This document shows, one piece after another, positions 39,501-48,700 of a stretch of DNA of 64,000 nt. Below the pieces are notes generated by a model that saw only the letters and a program-made list of their open reading frames with translations, had not been told where the DNA came from and searched no databases. Where the stretch lies: assembly GCA_030141605.1 (NCBI GenBank), contig JAQGDQ010000007.1, forward strand, positions 483,173-547,172, read 5' to 3'. Origin of the DNA: Tubiluchus corallicola. Lineage: Eukaryota; Animalia; Priapulida. Numbering within the stretch: position 1 is the first letter of the stretch; every line of letters begins with the position of its first letter. Made by a program: the position numbers and the translations under genes.

Positions 39501-40725
39501 ATTGCAAGTATTTTTGCTGCACAGAATACATGCTTTTTGCACATTAATTTCTGGCACTTTTTCTAATTTTTTTTCTAAACTAGTTCCTGTTATCAACTTG
39601 GGGAACATCAATACTAGTGTATTTCCAATAGTTAATTATTGTTTTTCAGGAAAAAGTGCAGTTTATAGTGGTGGCGGCTACGTGAAGAAGTTAACCCGCA
39701 ATCTGACTGCAAATTACGAAATTATTGATTCTCTTGTCAACTCTCGTTGGATTGATGATCGAACCAGCGCTATAATGATCGAATTTGTGTTATATAATTC
39801 CAATGCAGATTTGTTCTCAGTTGTTGTTTTAGTTATAGAATTTAGTATCACAGGAGGATTATCTCCAACCCATGGAATCTTCACTCTAAACTTTACTGGA
39901 CACCCCACTAGTCTTAGTTGGGGACTCCTTATAAGTATGACGTTATACATCATATTACTCTTCATATTTTTCAGTAGGATAATATTTATTTTATTTTCTA
40001 AAGGCATTAAATATATCAGTCGTTTTGCAGAGCTCATTGACGTATTCATTCTCATTTTGTCTCTAGCAGCTGTTGGTGCCATAGTTAACAAGGCATCAAT
40101 TATTGATGGCTTATTAGATGATTTTTCTGAAAAGGACACTGATAAATTTCTTAATTTTTACCCTGCTGCGGTTTCAGATGCCACACTAAAATATGTATTA
40201 GTGGGTTTGTTTTTCATAGGATATTTAAAACTTATTCAGAGGTTATCATATCACAAAAGAACATCAAAATATTTGCTTTGCTTAACATTATCTCTGAGTT
40301 TGTTATTCCATTTTGCTATAATTTTACTATTGTGGATATTTTTATTTGCAATTGTTGGTGTACTTTTGTATGGCTCTGTGTCACGTGAATTTAGTACATT
40401 TTTTATATCGTTTGAACTAGTACTAAACGTGCTTATTAGAAATACACACTATTCGCTCACAAATGACCAAGATAGCTTGATTGAGAGTGTGTTGTCCAGA
40501 TCAAGATGGGAGAACATTATAATTTTATTTTTCATGTCAGCTTTGGTTCTCAGTGTGTTTTTTATATCTAACATGTTTCGTGCAATTTTAATAAATATGT
40601 ATGCAACAGAAACAAAGCTCCGTAAAGATGAACACTTGCAGTATGAAATTCTGCCGGTTCTTGGAAAATTGACAAGCAAAATAAGTAAATATAAATATTA
40701 CAGAAAAAGGTATACAAGTGAATAG
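244..40725 (+). CDS. Polycystin-1 family (PKD1-like / PKD1L2-L3 / REJ-type) receptor-channel subunit; 40 coding exons, 5' end probably upstream of the window
   Basis: Manually spliced exons, all AG/GT-bounded and phase-compatible: 244-534, 746-1090, 4650-4781, 5897-6076, 6860-7560, 9047-9201, 10174-10268, 11643-11790, 12640-12887, 14662-14757, 15067-15180, 15928-16073, 16772-16919, 17578-17705, 19147-19272, 20439-20533, 21637-21760, 22015-22165, 23179-23267, 23498-23663, 23849-23991, 24610-25474, 25846-25996, 26365-26467, 27031-27151, 27433-27536, 28394-28624, 29231-29351, 29467-29626, 30711-30849, 32857-32964, 34123-34261, 34374-34476, 34995-35085, 35298-36064, 36466-36627, 37219-37288, 37918-38083, 39115-39297, 39650-40725. 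Total 8,681 nt = 2 + 3x2,893, as expected for a phase-1 start. Family motifs: REJ DASPSYDPD, GPS CLCYHLTAFG, PLAT WHDNSG, FTRVQRLSC, RLRQLR, YSGGGY, WIDDRTSA. Confidence 0.93.
746..1090 (+). CDS. PKD1-like exon: WSC domain 2
   Basis: LGCWEN...MTPDKCETHC..YGYAGVQNGTHCYCGN...CNYVCG...CGG is a textbook WSC pattern; phase 1-1. Confidence 0.9.
1294..2460 (+). mobile_element. 5'-truncated non-LTR retrotransposon (LINE) 3' end; clade uncertain (RTE-X or CR1/L2 group)
   Basis: Uninterrupted ORF 1340-2218 (LDYGSEVWG, KLRTY, GRF...RLCKIC...EDESHF..C..Y zinc-binding tail). AATAAA near 2433 followed by a (TCAA)n tail. Candidate TSD TATAAGC at 1287-1293 and 2461-2467. Confidence 0.85.
3264..4021 (-). mobile_element. 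5'-truncated LINE 3' end (R1/LOA/I-group-like C-terminal CCHC region)
   Basis: ORF 3503-4033: FLTGQGNFNSFLYRL...CPCGEEEQTPQCILFRC. Minus-strand AATAAA plus (TTA)n tail. 8-bp TSD GCAGGTAA at 3256-3263 and 4022-4029. Confidence 0.82.
4650..6076 (+). CDS. PKD1-like exons 4650-4781 + 5897-6076: WSC domain 3
   Basis: Spliced product GCYV...MDPRMCVYHCFSL-Y-QSFAVLTDYHTCIC...RCDIVC...FCGGTNYISVY. Confidence 0.85.
6860..16073 (+). CDS. PKD1-like exons encoding a PKD/Ig-like domain and the REJ module
   Basis: FYWSMGD...YFLPGLYTLNVT (PKD-like). REJ motifs: YVWTI, LIPVIQGG..VVDASPSYDPD, FEWYC, CLVNCG, FTLSC...DLPLTYEFYY, TYLPPGN. Confidence 0.85.
8560..8800 (-). mobile_element. Degraded Penelope-like element fragment (GIY-YIG endonuclease)
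   Basis: DC..NYVGETGLSLKTCITEHKHKV.....SKVAQ.....DIDFASTKVL matches the PLE YIGETGR-L--R--EH pattern. Confidence 0.7.
10798..11548. mobile_element. Non-autonomous DNA transposon (hAT-like MITE)
   Basis: 14-bp terminal inverted repeats CAGTGCTTGAAGTG / CACTTTCAGCACTG (2 mismatches). Internal gccctggacccc...ggagcttaca motif. TSD not clear. Confidence 0.55.
13139..14013. mobile_element. Degenerate hAT-like MITE
   Basis: Ends CAAGGCTGGCTCTA / TAGAGCTGCCCCTC with subterminal GCCTAGGGC at both ends; degenerate 8-bp flanks ATTATGGT / ATTATCAT. Confidence 0.45.
14150..14260 (+). mobile_element. Degenerate SINE with a 5S rRNA-like segment (related copies near 22395-22475, 24255-24305, 29700-29760)
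   Basis: AAGTTAAGCAA...GCCTGGTCAGTGAACAGATGGGCGA resembles the 5S internal control region (AAGCTAAGCA...GCCTGGTTAGTACTTGGATGGGAGA). Copies 1 and 2 share a downstream gaaaa...agtttca segment. Confidence 0.45.
15311..15380. repeat. 24-bp tandem repeat, ~3 copies
   Basis: (g/a)taaacaatttgtgtgattgtaa repeated. Confidence 0.85.
16772..23991 (+). CDS. PKD1-like exons encoding the GAIN domain (helical subdomain A and start of beta subdomain B)
   Basis: Nine short, phase-compatible exons of amphipathic helical sequence, then DPFVW...VNTAIADV..LDDPVELIF, resembling the NPF-W / P-I-I segment of PKD1L GAIN-B. Confidence 0.7.
17742..17826. repeat. ~43-bp tandem duplication
   Basis: taacagctgtgtcactttttc(g/a)aattgcc(g/a)gaaattgtgagt x2. 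Confidence 0.85.
24610..25474 (+). CDS. PKD1-like exon: GAIN-B strands plus a ~200-aa, 30-cysteine insert
   Basis: Acceptor ttgtag at 24604-24609; donor CCAG/gtagtt after 25474. Open frame with TLFVGIL followed by 30 Cys between 24802 and 25407. Confidence 0.8.
25846..27151 (+). CDS. PKD1-like exons 25846-25996, 26365-26467, 27031-27151: additional PLAT/LH2 domain upstream of the GPS
   Basis: Spliced product DYLIATYTADVLHAGTSAWVYIVLHG...FDRGKVDLFHV..SVG.VESITIWHDNTGPGSGWLLEKVIVING...CPCMKWL matches the PLAT consensus. This frame is absent from the supplied ORF track. Confidence 0.85.
27433..28624 (+). CDS. PKD1-like exons: GPS autoproteolysis motif and TM1
   Basis: CLYWNNVSVTWSQEGCK/VG...LHCLCYHL-TAFGG, then a hydrophobic TM1 ending YARRRD. 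Confidence 0.93.
29231..30849 (+). CDS. PKD1-like exons: canonical cytoplasmic PLAT domain
   Basis: YAYLITVYTGLRYGSGTTSTV..LSG...FSRGSQDWF...LGEL..ELWHDNSGNAPSWFLSQVVIRD...WFFLYNDWLSLD. Confidence 0.93.
29813..29873. repeat. Imperfect (CAA/CAG)n trinucleotide microsatellite
   Basis: Seen directly, in an intron. Confidence 0.8.
32857..36064 (+). CDS. PKD1-like exons: TM2-TM5 and cytoplasmic loop
   Basis: LWTGIFLRPPQSSFTRVQRLSC; LFPLNFLIFLLFR; LPWWCVYVGW...YG..KSVNWL.S...SFLQSVIFIEPLKV. Confidence 0.9.
36466..40725 (+). CDS. PKD1-like exons: polycystin (TOP + six-TM TRPP-like channel) domain and stop codon
   Basis: MWDYIRNTL...MYNG, GVTRLRQLR, YKPGW, YSGGGY, WIDDRTSAIMIEFVLYNSNADLF, multiple TM helices, NMF.AIL; TAG at 40723-40725. 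Confidence 0.92.
38505..38890. repeat. ~60-bp intronic minisatellite, ~6 copies
   Basis: Unit cctcaaagctgaaccaaatttatctccaactttatctttgttaagttcatt... repeated. Confidence 0.9.
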
Positions 40726-41949
40726 TAAAATTTTTTCCAGAGAAGTCTATTAAAATTGCCTCCGAGGTATTTGCGTATACTATATAGTATTTATTTGATA
40801 ATAACCGAACTTTAAATTTTAATGTTGTCACTAGCATATTGAAATGTGTTGTTGCTTTTAAGGCTGTAAAATTTTTGTACAGAGATGAACAAGTTAAATT
40901 ATACCTGTTAAATACAGATTAAATTATTTATAATTATCATATTTGTGTTATTACTAGTTGTATTTGATCTTCTTATTGAGATTTTATAATACATATCAAG
41001 TTCTGCTTTGCAAAACTCCGCTTACCAGAGTTTTTGTACTTTTTTGTTAGTAATTTACCCTCATACCCAGGCACTGTCCCGTTGCATCATACACAACTAT
41101 TTCTCCCTTGCCATGTTTGCAGTGACATTAATACTGGTCTTGATCTCGCCGAGATTATATCTATTTTTTATAAAGCTGCAAGTCTCAGTAGTCAGTCTCG
41201 GCGAGAATCCAAACAACTGTGGTGTCGAGAAATGCACCCAATGGCGTATCTTGGAGAACAGTGTTTATTGTTAATCTCACCCTTGTTGCTTGGATCTGTG
41301 CCTGCAAACAGATTTATTAATGAGCATATGACCTTTTCTGAATAAATCTGTAGATAGTAATTCTGCTTAATTGTTCGTTAAATGTACTATTTATTCTAGT
41401 TCATAGTTTCTATCAAACAATGTTTCCCAGTTTGATGCTTCATTCAATTTATACTTACATAAGTAAGTGTAAGTAATTTTATTTTTTAATAAATATTCTT
41501 GCATTTGTTTTTTTTTGTTTTGTTTTTACAAAACCCTCTCAATTTCAAAATTTAATTTAATTCGGCTTATTCACACACAGTGGTATGAATTCTACGGAGC
41601 AGCCTAACCATTTTCCATAACCGATTCACTGCCTTAGCTTAGTTGCCATTGTGAAATTAAAGAAATGTCGTTGTTGGACTTATCATGGATAAGATCTTAA
41701 TAAAGCTTAAATTGATTAAACTGTATTACGTTGAGTATAAATTACTGTATCTTGGCAATAAGATTGAAAATATGTTTTTGGCGAGTCAATGACGTCATTC
41801 TTACCATTTGGTGCCATGGTGTGAACATTTCAGTGACTAAGAATTTTCTTTTCTAGAATAGTCTTTCAAGCAGGTAAGTGTAAAGCTAAGTAACTTAACT
41901 TTGTCTGCTATTTAAACTCCAGCAAATAAGGATTTCAGGACAACTTTTG

Positions 41950-42125
41950 AAGTGGTTCTTACATGTTGTTGTTAATGATTCATCCTATATTTTCAAGTCC
42001 ATCAAGGCAGGTGTGCTGCAAGAACTTGTCCTCAGGTCCTTGCTCTTTCTTATATTTATCAATGGTTTTATAGTTGACATCAATTTGCTCAAATTTGACT
42101 GTTTGCAAGCAACACTGCTGTGGAG
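41950..42125 (+). mobile_element. Highly degraded LINE reverse transcriptase fragment
   Basis: SIKAGVLQELVLRSLLFLIFIN resembles the RT motif GVPQGSVLGPLLFLIYIN. Confidence 0.55.
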
Positions 42126-42479
42126 TTTTTCAGATATAAAACCAAAATTTAAGTGGTAGCAAAACTAAATTGGCTTTAAATTACTTAAAAGCACTCTACA
42201 ACATTTTACATACATGGGAAGTATTGTAAAAAAACTGACTGCCTTACAAGCAATGTTTTAGCTAACTTAAACCCAAGAGAACAAAGGTGGCTTACAGTGA
42301 TAAAGGAAGAATTAAACTAAATATAAAACACACACATATATATATATATATATTTATATAGCCAATACTGCTACATGTTCAAGCAGAATTAGTTCGATAT
42401 GCAGGAAAAACGAAATGCATATTACACATTACAGTCACAATTGGTTACAATCATCAGGTCTGCTAACTTGTAAATATGC

Positions 42480-42779
42480 TGTAAATCTAACTGTTCAATA
42501 TTACCATTAACATCAACACATTAAATTTTTAAGTTAAGTATAGAACAATAGTTTAACTTAAGTTAACATTTAGAGATCAAGACACTGTGGTGGCCTAAAT
42601 TCTCTTCCAGAATGTGCGCGCCTAAAGCTTGTAAATCTAACAGTTCAATATTACCATTAACATCAACACATTAAATTTTTAAGTTAAGTATAGAACAATA
42701 GTTTAACTTAAGTTAACATTTAGAGATCAAGACACTGTGGTGGCCTAGATTCTCTTCCAGAATGTGCGCGCCTAAAGCT
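42480..42779. repeat. 150-bp tandem duplication at the 3' end of the old gypsy element
   Basis: 42480-42629 and 42630-42779 differ at about 2 positions. Confidence 0.9.
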
Positions 42780-44039
42780 GTTTTGCGTTGGAGTGAAAGT
42801 TCTTGGCTCATACACTTTCTCAGTACAAGGGCTAGAGTGAACTGAATCTGCAAATGTTTCTTCATTTGCTTGAGAGCTTGAAATGCCAGTATCAGGCAAA
42901 TTTGGTGAATGGTAGTATCTACTACAAGGCAACTGTCATCAGAATCTTGCATTTTTTGTATAAGATCATCCTGGCCAGGTGCCAAGTGGTGTGTGGACAT
43001 AGGGTCAATGTGACCATCTGAATACTAAACCTTGGGAAACTGAGGAGAAAGGATCTCAACAAGTTTTACTCTTTCAACAAGTGGGTCACCTTTACGTCTC
43101 ATGTGTAACTTGTGGAAAAGTTCCTTCCCAGGCTCTACTAAGAAGTCAAAGAGCTGCATCCCAATAACATATGATCTAGGAAAGGTGAACATGCATTCAT
43201 GAGGTGTGCTGTTTGTCGAAGTACGCAGAAGTGTACGTATGGATTAATGCGGGGGAGGGGGACGTTTTCCCAGTGTTGTTTTGGTAGGCCTTTATTGCAA
43301 AGAGCTAAGTTAACTGTAGATAAGATTGTGCCATTGTCTGTTACCTTGTAGGAGGTAGGGCGTGGAGAAAGACTTCACTACTTGTTGTGGAGATCGCTGA
43401 CGTCAAGTAGAATTGCATAGAACATCGTAGAATGTTCCGTCGGAATGACCGCCTTAGCGTCTGGATTGTTCTCGAACATTTGTTCGAGAAGTTTCTGGAG
43501 TGCGTCATTATAAAGCGAAGCAGGCTGCCGACAGGGGATCGCACATCGACAGAGATCTAACACGGACTTATACTTATACTTACTTAAACGTTTTCCAGAT
43601 TTTCACGTTTAGTATAATCATTTCTCGTTCCTCCATACTTGTGTTGTAAGAATTTTCGCTCAATAAAGTAATAACATTTAACGGCGTGTTTTCTGGTTTT
43701 CTCTACGAGCCTTCCGAGAGAAACAAAACACAACACTACTCCGTGTTGCAGGAGAAAGTTTTTGAATTGTTGATCTTTGAATGCACCACCACGTGAGTGA
43801 ATGGCTGTAGGTAAACTGAAAATGGCAAACAGGTTGAGCAGGTGTTTAATGACAATATTGCTACACAGGAGGGCAAAGGGATAGCACGAATATTCATCTT
43901 CTATTATGAGTATGAATTGGTTATTGGAGCAAGTCGGCAACGGCACGTTGAAGCCTAAAGATAACCTCTCCCGCAGTTTTGTTGCCGAAATAAGTTACCC
44001 ACTGGAAGCTTGAAAAACCATGGTTTAAATTCTGTGCAC
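42720..44039 (-). mobile_element. Old, degraded Ty3/gypsy integrase (core and C-terminal part), split by the Gmr1-like insertion
   Basis: CTEFKPWF, PLPTCSNNQFILIIEDEYSCYPFA, LFAIFSLPTAIHSRG, STNSTPHECMF, DPLVERVKL, STHHLAP, RESRPP; frameshifts and stops. Confidence 0.8.
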
Positions 44040-45229
44040 TGTAACATTCGGGTCACGAAATTCCTTGCTAGCCCAACTGAGGCTCGAACTTGGGTCGGGC
44101 AACTTAAGTCAAGATGGATTACTGAACGGGTTGGTGACTCCAAATGTTAAAGAGCAGCAATATTTGTTTAAATTCTAAGGCAGTTACAAGCGCAGGAGGG
44201 GTCGGTCCGTCCTAAAGTACAGAGAATGGGCCAATGGTGATACAGTGTGAACGGAAACAGTGAACACAACAAAGTATAAATAAACAAACTGTTTGCCATA
44301 GGTTTAACATTTTAATTGGCAAAATTAATTGATTAACTAATTCAAAGCAATAAACAAAAAGAACTCACAACTTGCACCAGAGCAGCAGGGTACCCCTCAT
44401 TTAATAACCGTCTGCTAGCGTTTCACGTAGCGGGACGTCTCCCGTAAAGTTCCGGGTTTCACACACTTTTGTGGCTGGAATCACTTTGCTAACAGTCTTG
44501 TCGACAACGGCGACCGCATCAATGTCCCACTCGCTTGACTGGCTTAATGATATTAGCGGACGATGACAGACCACCAGGATTCTTCTGAAGACGTCTCCTC
44601 CTAATGAGTCAGGTACCAGGCTTTCAGAATATATTAGAAGTCTACTTTTAATGTCGTCTTGGTTGAAAACTTCACCATCATGGAAGCATGCCCATCACAG
44701 GAAAATGTCAATTGCCAAATAACAGACTTATGGCTCACGTTCTGTCTACGCAAGATAATGACTGGTAGTGTGAACAATTCAATTCACGTAGCTATTGCAA
44801 GTCATGAAGTTGATTATAAAAGTATCCGAAGTGACGTCTTGTCGGCCAACGCCCCGACAAAGACAAAAACAATTGGCCTTTTAGCTGAGTCGGCCATTAA
44901 ACCACAATCTCCCTAACCTTCGTATAATCTGCACCTCTCAAGTTATACCTGTCGTGACCCAGTTAATCATCCAATCACAGCAGTACTATAGGTATGAGAT
45001 CATGAAGCCAGAATTTAGTCCAAAAAGTTGAACTGTAACATTTCTTTGTTGAACTCCCGATAGGTGGAGCCACCAGTTTATAACGTTTACCAAATTCGGT
45101 TAATTAGTTATTAATGGCAGGTTCAATACAATACATTCAGATATAGCTAATAGTTTTTCAAATGCCACATAAATGTATTATTACAGTTAAATGGCTATTC
45201 GTTTTAATCTGCTAAACACGACCGTGACA
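44040..45229 (-). repeat. 3' LTR of the Gmr1-like element
   Basis: TGTAAC...GTGACA on the + strand; about 10 substitutions against the other LTR by eye, no indels seen. Confidence 0.96.
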
Positions 45230-45232
45230 GAG

Positions 45233-45240
45233 CTCCCCCC
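45233..45240 (-). promoter_or_regulatory. Polypurine tract
   Basis: GGGGGGAG just before the 3' LTR on the minus strand. Confidence 0.75.
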
Positions 45241-45764
45241 AAAGAATATATCCCATATACTTCATAACAGACATGATTATAACAAAGCCATTTAAATGCG
45301 CAAGTAATAACACATAATAACACAAAAGCATATTTATGCCAAACCAATACAAAATTGACTGAGTCAGTAATTAATCATTCAATTAACATTCAGAACAACA
45401 AGGATATAAAGGAACATATCAAACTTTAACTTTGGGTATAACTGAAATTGGGTTGACTTTTCCTTTAAACTAAACACATTACTCAAGTCTACTTCGTATT
45501 AAACGCAAATGAAATATGGCAGTTGCATGTATGATCATTGACGAACAGCATTAATATTAATAAAAATGCTATTTTCCCGTTGATAATAATAGCTTCCCTC
45601 CTAACGAATAAGCAGAGTCATTAAATAAATGATAAATATTCTCATGGAAAAAACAAGGGTTTATCCAACCATTGGTGAAAATTAACCCACTGACATGAGA
45701 TAAATGATTTAAATTATTTTTTTAAATCAACAAAGAAAAGGGTATTCATAACGCAAATGCATGT

Positions 45765-48700
45765 TTATAGACGGCTTAATGCATCTGCCACCAAATTTTG
45801 TGAACCTGCCACATGATCAACTGTGAATGCAAATTCACTCAAAATTAGGGTCCAGTGACAAAGACAACGGTTATTGCGCCGCATTTTGTCAAGTGCCAAA
45901 AGGCTTCTTTGGTCTGTGCGCAGGGTGAAATTCCGCCCCTCTAAGTAATAACGTAACTTTTGAACGCAGTAAACCACACTCAGCAGTTCAACTTCAACAA
46001 CAGAATATCTAGTTTCTGTGGTGGTTAACTTTCGGCTAACAAAAGTTATCGGCACTTCACCCAAACCATCCTCTCTATCCTGAGACAACACGCCACCTAT
46101 ACCAACAAAACTGGCATCAGAGGTGAGAATGAAGGGTTTGGAAAAGTCAGGTGAGTGTAGTACAGACTTAGAGGTCAGGGCATTTCGGAGCTGGAGGAAA
46201 CTTTTCTCACAAGCATCTGACCATTGGACCTGAATAGAAGCGTGCTTTTCAGTCAAAGCAAATAGGGGAGCAGCAATAGTACTAAACTGAGCGAGTAGAA
46301 ACCTACGGTAGAAACCTACCATTCCAAGGAATCGTCTCACTTGGGATTTAGTTTGAGGACGAGCACAGTTATGGATCTGTTCTAGCTTTTGGGGCTGTGG
46401 CCGTAAACGGTTCCTGCCAATTACGTAGCCTAAAAAGTTGGCCTGTTGCAGAGCAAAGTGACATTTGTGGGGTTTGGCTGTTAAGCCTGCTTTGCGAATG
46501 TATGTCAATGTGTCTTCCACGTGTCTCAGATGGTCTGCCCAATTTGATGACTTAATTAGTACATCGTCAATGTATCCACGTGAAGAGTTGGAGACAGTTT
46601 CTAAGATGCGATCCATCAATGACTGAGCTGAACTAGCAGCATTCATTAGCCCAAATGGCATCACAAGGAACTCAAACTTCCCGAACGATGTTACAAATGC
46701 TGTCAATGGGATCGACTCTGGCGTAAGTTCTATCTGCCAGTATGCCTTGGCTAGATCGATAGTCGAGATCCATACGGCATTGTGGAGGTCATCCACTATG
46801 TCATCAGGTCTGGGCATGACGTACGGACAAAAGATGGTATGTGCATTCAACTGTCGATAATCGACGCAAGGTCTCCATTCATCATGAGGCTTTGGCACAA
46901 GAAGCATAGGGGACGCATATTCAGATTCTGAGCGTCTTATAATCCCGAGGTCCAACTTTTGTTGCAGCTCCTGTCGTACCACTTCATTGCGTGCCTGGGG
47001 AATTCGATATGGATGTTGACGGACTGGTGTTTTGTCAAACAAGTTGATGTGGTGTCTAACTACCATGGTCCTCCCTGGCAAGTCGGTAAACATTTCAGGA
47101 AATTTGTGGAAGACTGTGCGAAGTTGGGTATTAGCTTGACTGGAGAGGTTTGAAGACAGCTCTAAATCATCTACAGATTGTGTAGCTTTAGCTGTCGGCA
47201 GAAAAGCATACTCAGGGAGCCCAGAAGATTGTACAACACCTTGGCCAATCGCTGGCTCAGACTGCAACTCTTCTACTTCCTCTTCATTTCCAGCCCAGAA
47301 CACTTCACCCTCAGTAATACTGACTTCACCGGTGTAGTCTCTTTCTAGATCAGGAACTTCACTACTAGTACACATTGCCCACAATACCAAGTTTTCCTGA
47401 CGGTCAATGTAGTGCTTCAGTTTATTCACATGATAAACTCGGACATCGCGCCGCTTGCCTTTTGATCCTACGCATACTTTGTAGTTCCAGTCTGACAGTT
47501 TATCCACTACTGGAAAGGGACCACGCCAACCTGGGCTCATCTTTTTGCCCATACGGATATTGCGGATCAAAACACGGTCACCAATTTCAAAGCCTCGCTC
47601 CTTGGAAATCCTGTCATACCAGCGTTTTTGGGCTAGCTTAGCCTCCCTCAAAGACTGGTGGGCATCCTCTGTAGCTGTTTCTATCGTATTGATAACTCGG
47701 GCTACATATTCATCGATGTCCTCTAAATTGGGGGGCTTGGAGCATCCCCAGCGTTCTTTGAGCATAGCCAAAGGACCACGTATAGGATATCCAAAGACAA
47801 GTTCATTGGGTGAGTAATTGGTCGATTCCTGGGGCACTTCCCTGTAAGCAAACAGGACGAAATCTACAGCTTGGTCCCAGGGTAAAGAAGGATTGTCTTG
47901 TTGTAGACGAAGAATGGAAGCTTTCAAAGTGGCATTATATCTCTCGACAAGACCACAAGTGGAAGGAGAGTAGGGACTGGCAAAGATACCCTTTACTCCT
48001 AATTGGCGCTCTAACTCTTGAGTAAGCTCAGAAGTGACTTGTGTACCACAATCCGTAATTATCTGTCGAGGGATTCCATACCTGCAGCAGAACTTAAGGA
48101 GAGCATCCAGTACAGTGATTGTTTCTATGTTAGGAAGTGGATAACAATCAGGGTAGCGGGTTGAGTGATCAACCAGTACCAATGCATATTGGTTTCCACT
48201 AGGAGTACGATCCAGGGGGCCAATGATATCCATTCCAATAGTACGGAACGCAGTGTCGGCTATGGACAGTGGTTTTAGAGGTGCTCTGTCTGCCTGACGT
48301 ACTCTAGCTGTACGCTGACAAGTATCACAAGAGCGACAATAGTTACGAACACTTCGTTTTAAGTGTGGCCAGATAAATTCTTGAAGTATACGTTGCGTAG
48401 TTTTGTTTATGCCAAGGTGCCCAGCAAGTCGACTGCCATGTGCTAAAGCAAGCACTGTCTTGCGTCTAGGTTTGGGCAGTACGAGAAGTTCACGGGGAGA
48501 TCGTCCTTTCCTTTCCCGGCATAAATAAAACAAAATGCCATCATGCAAGAAGTATCCGCTTCCTTTTTTGTAGGCTGCTTCGGAAGTTCCTGCGTTATCA
48601 ATGAGGTTACGAATGGACACATCTTCTTCTTGTTCTTGCCCCAACTCCTTTGCACTAGCTTTGAGCAGTTGATCGTGCACTTTTGTGGATTGGTGCAGAT

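Noticed and set aside
44659-44916. 85-aa ORF duplicated at 51969-52226
   Set aside because: It lies inside the LTRs, starts at a non-ATG codon and has no recognisable motif; LTR identity explains the duplication.
45230-45764. Possible env or accessory gene between pol and the 3' LTR
   Set aside because: Only ~535 bp, AT-rich, no ORF of useful length.
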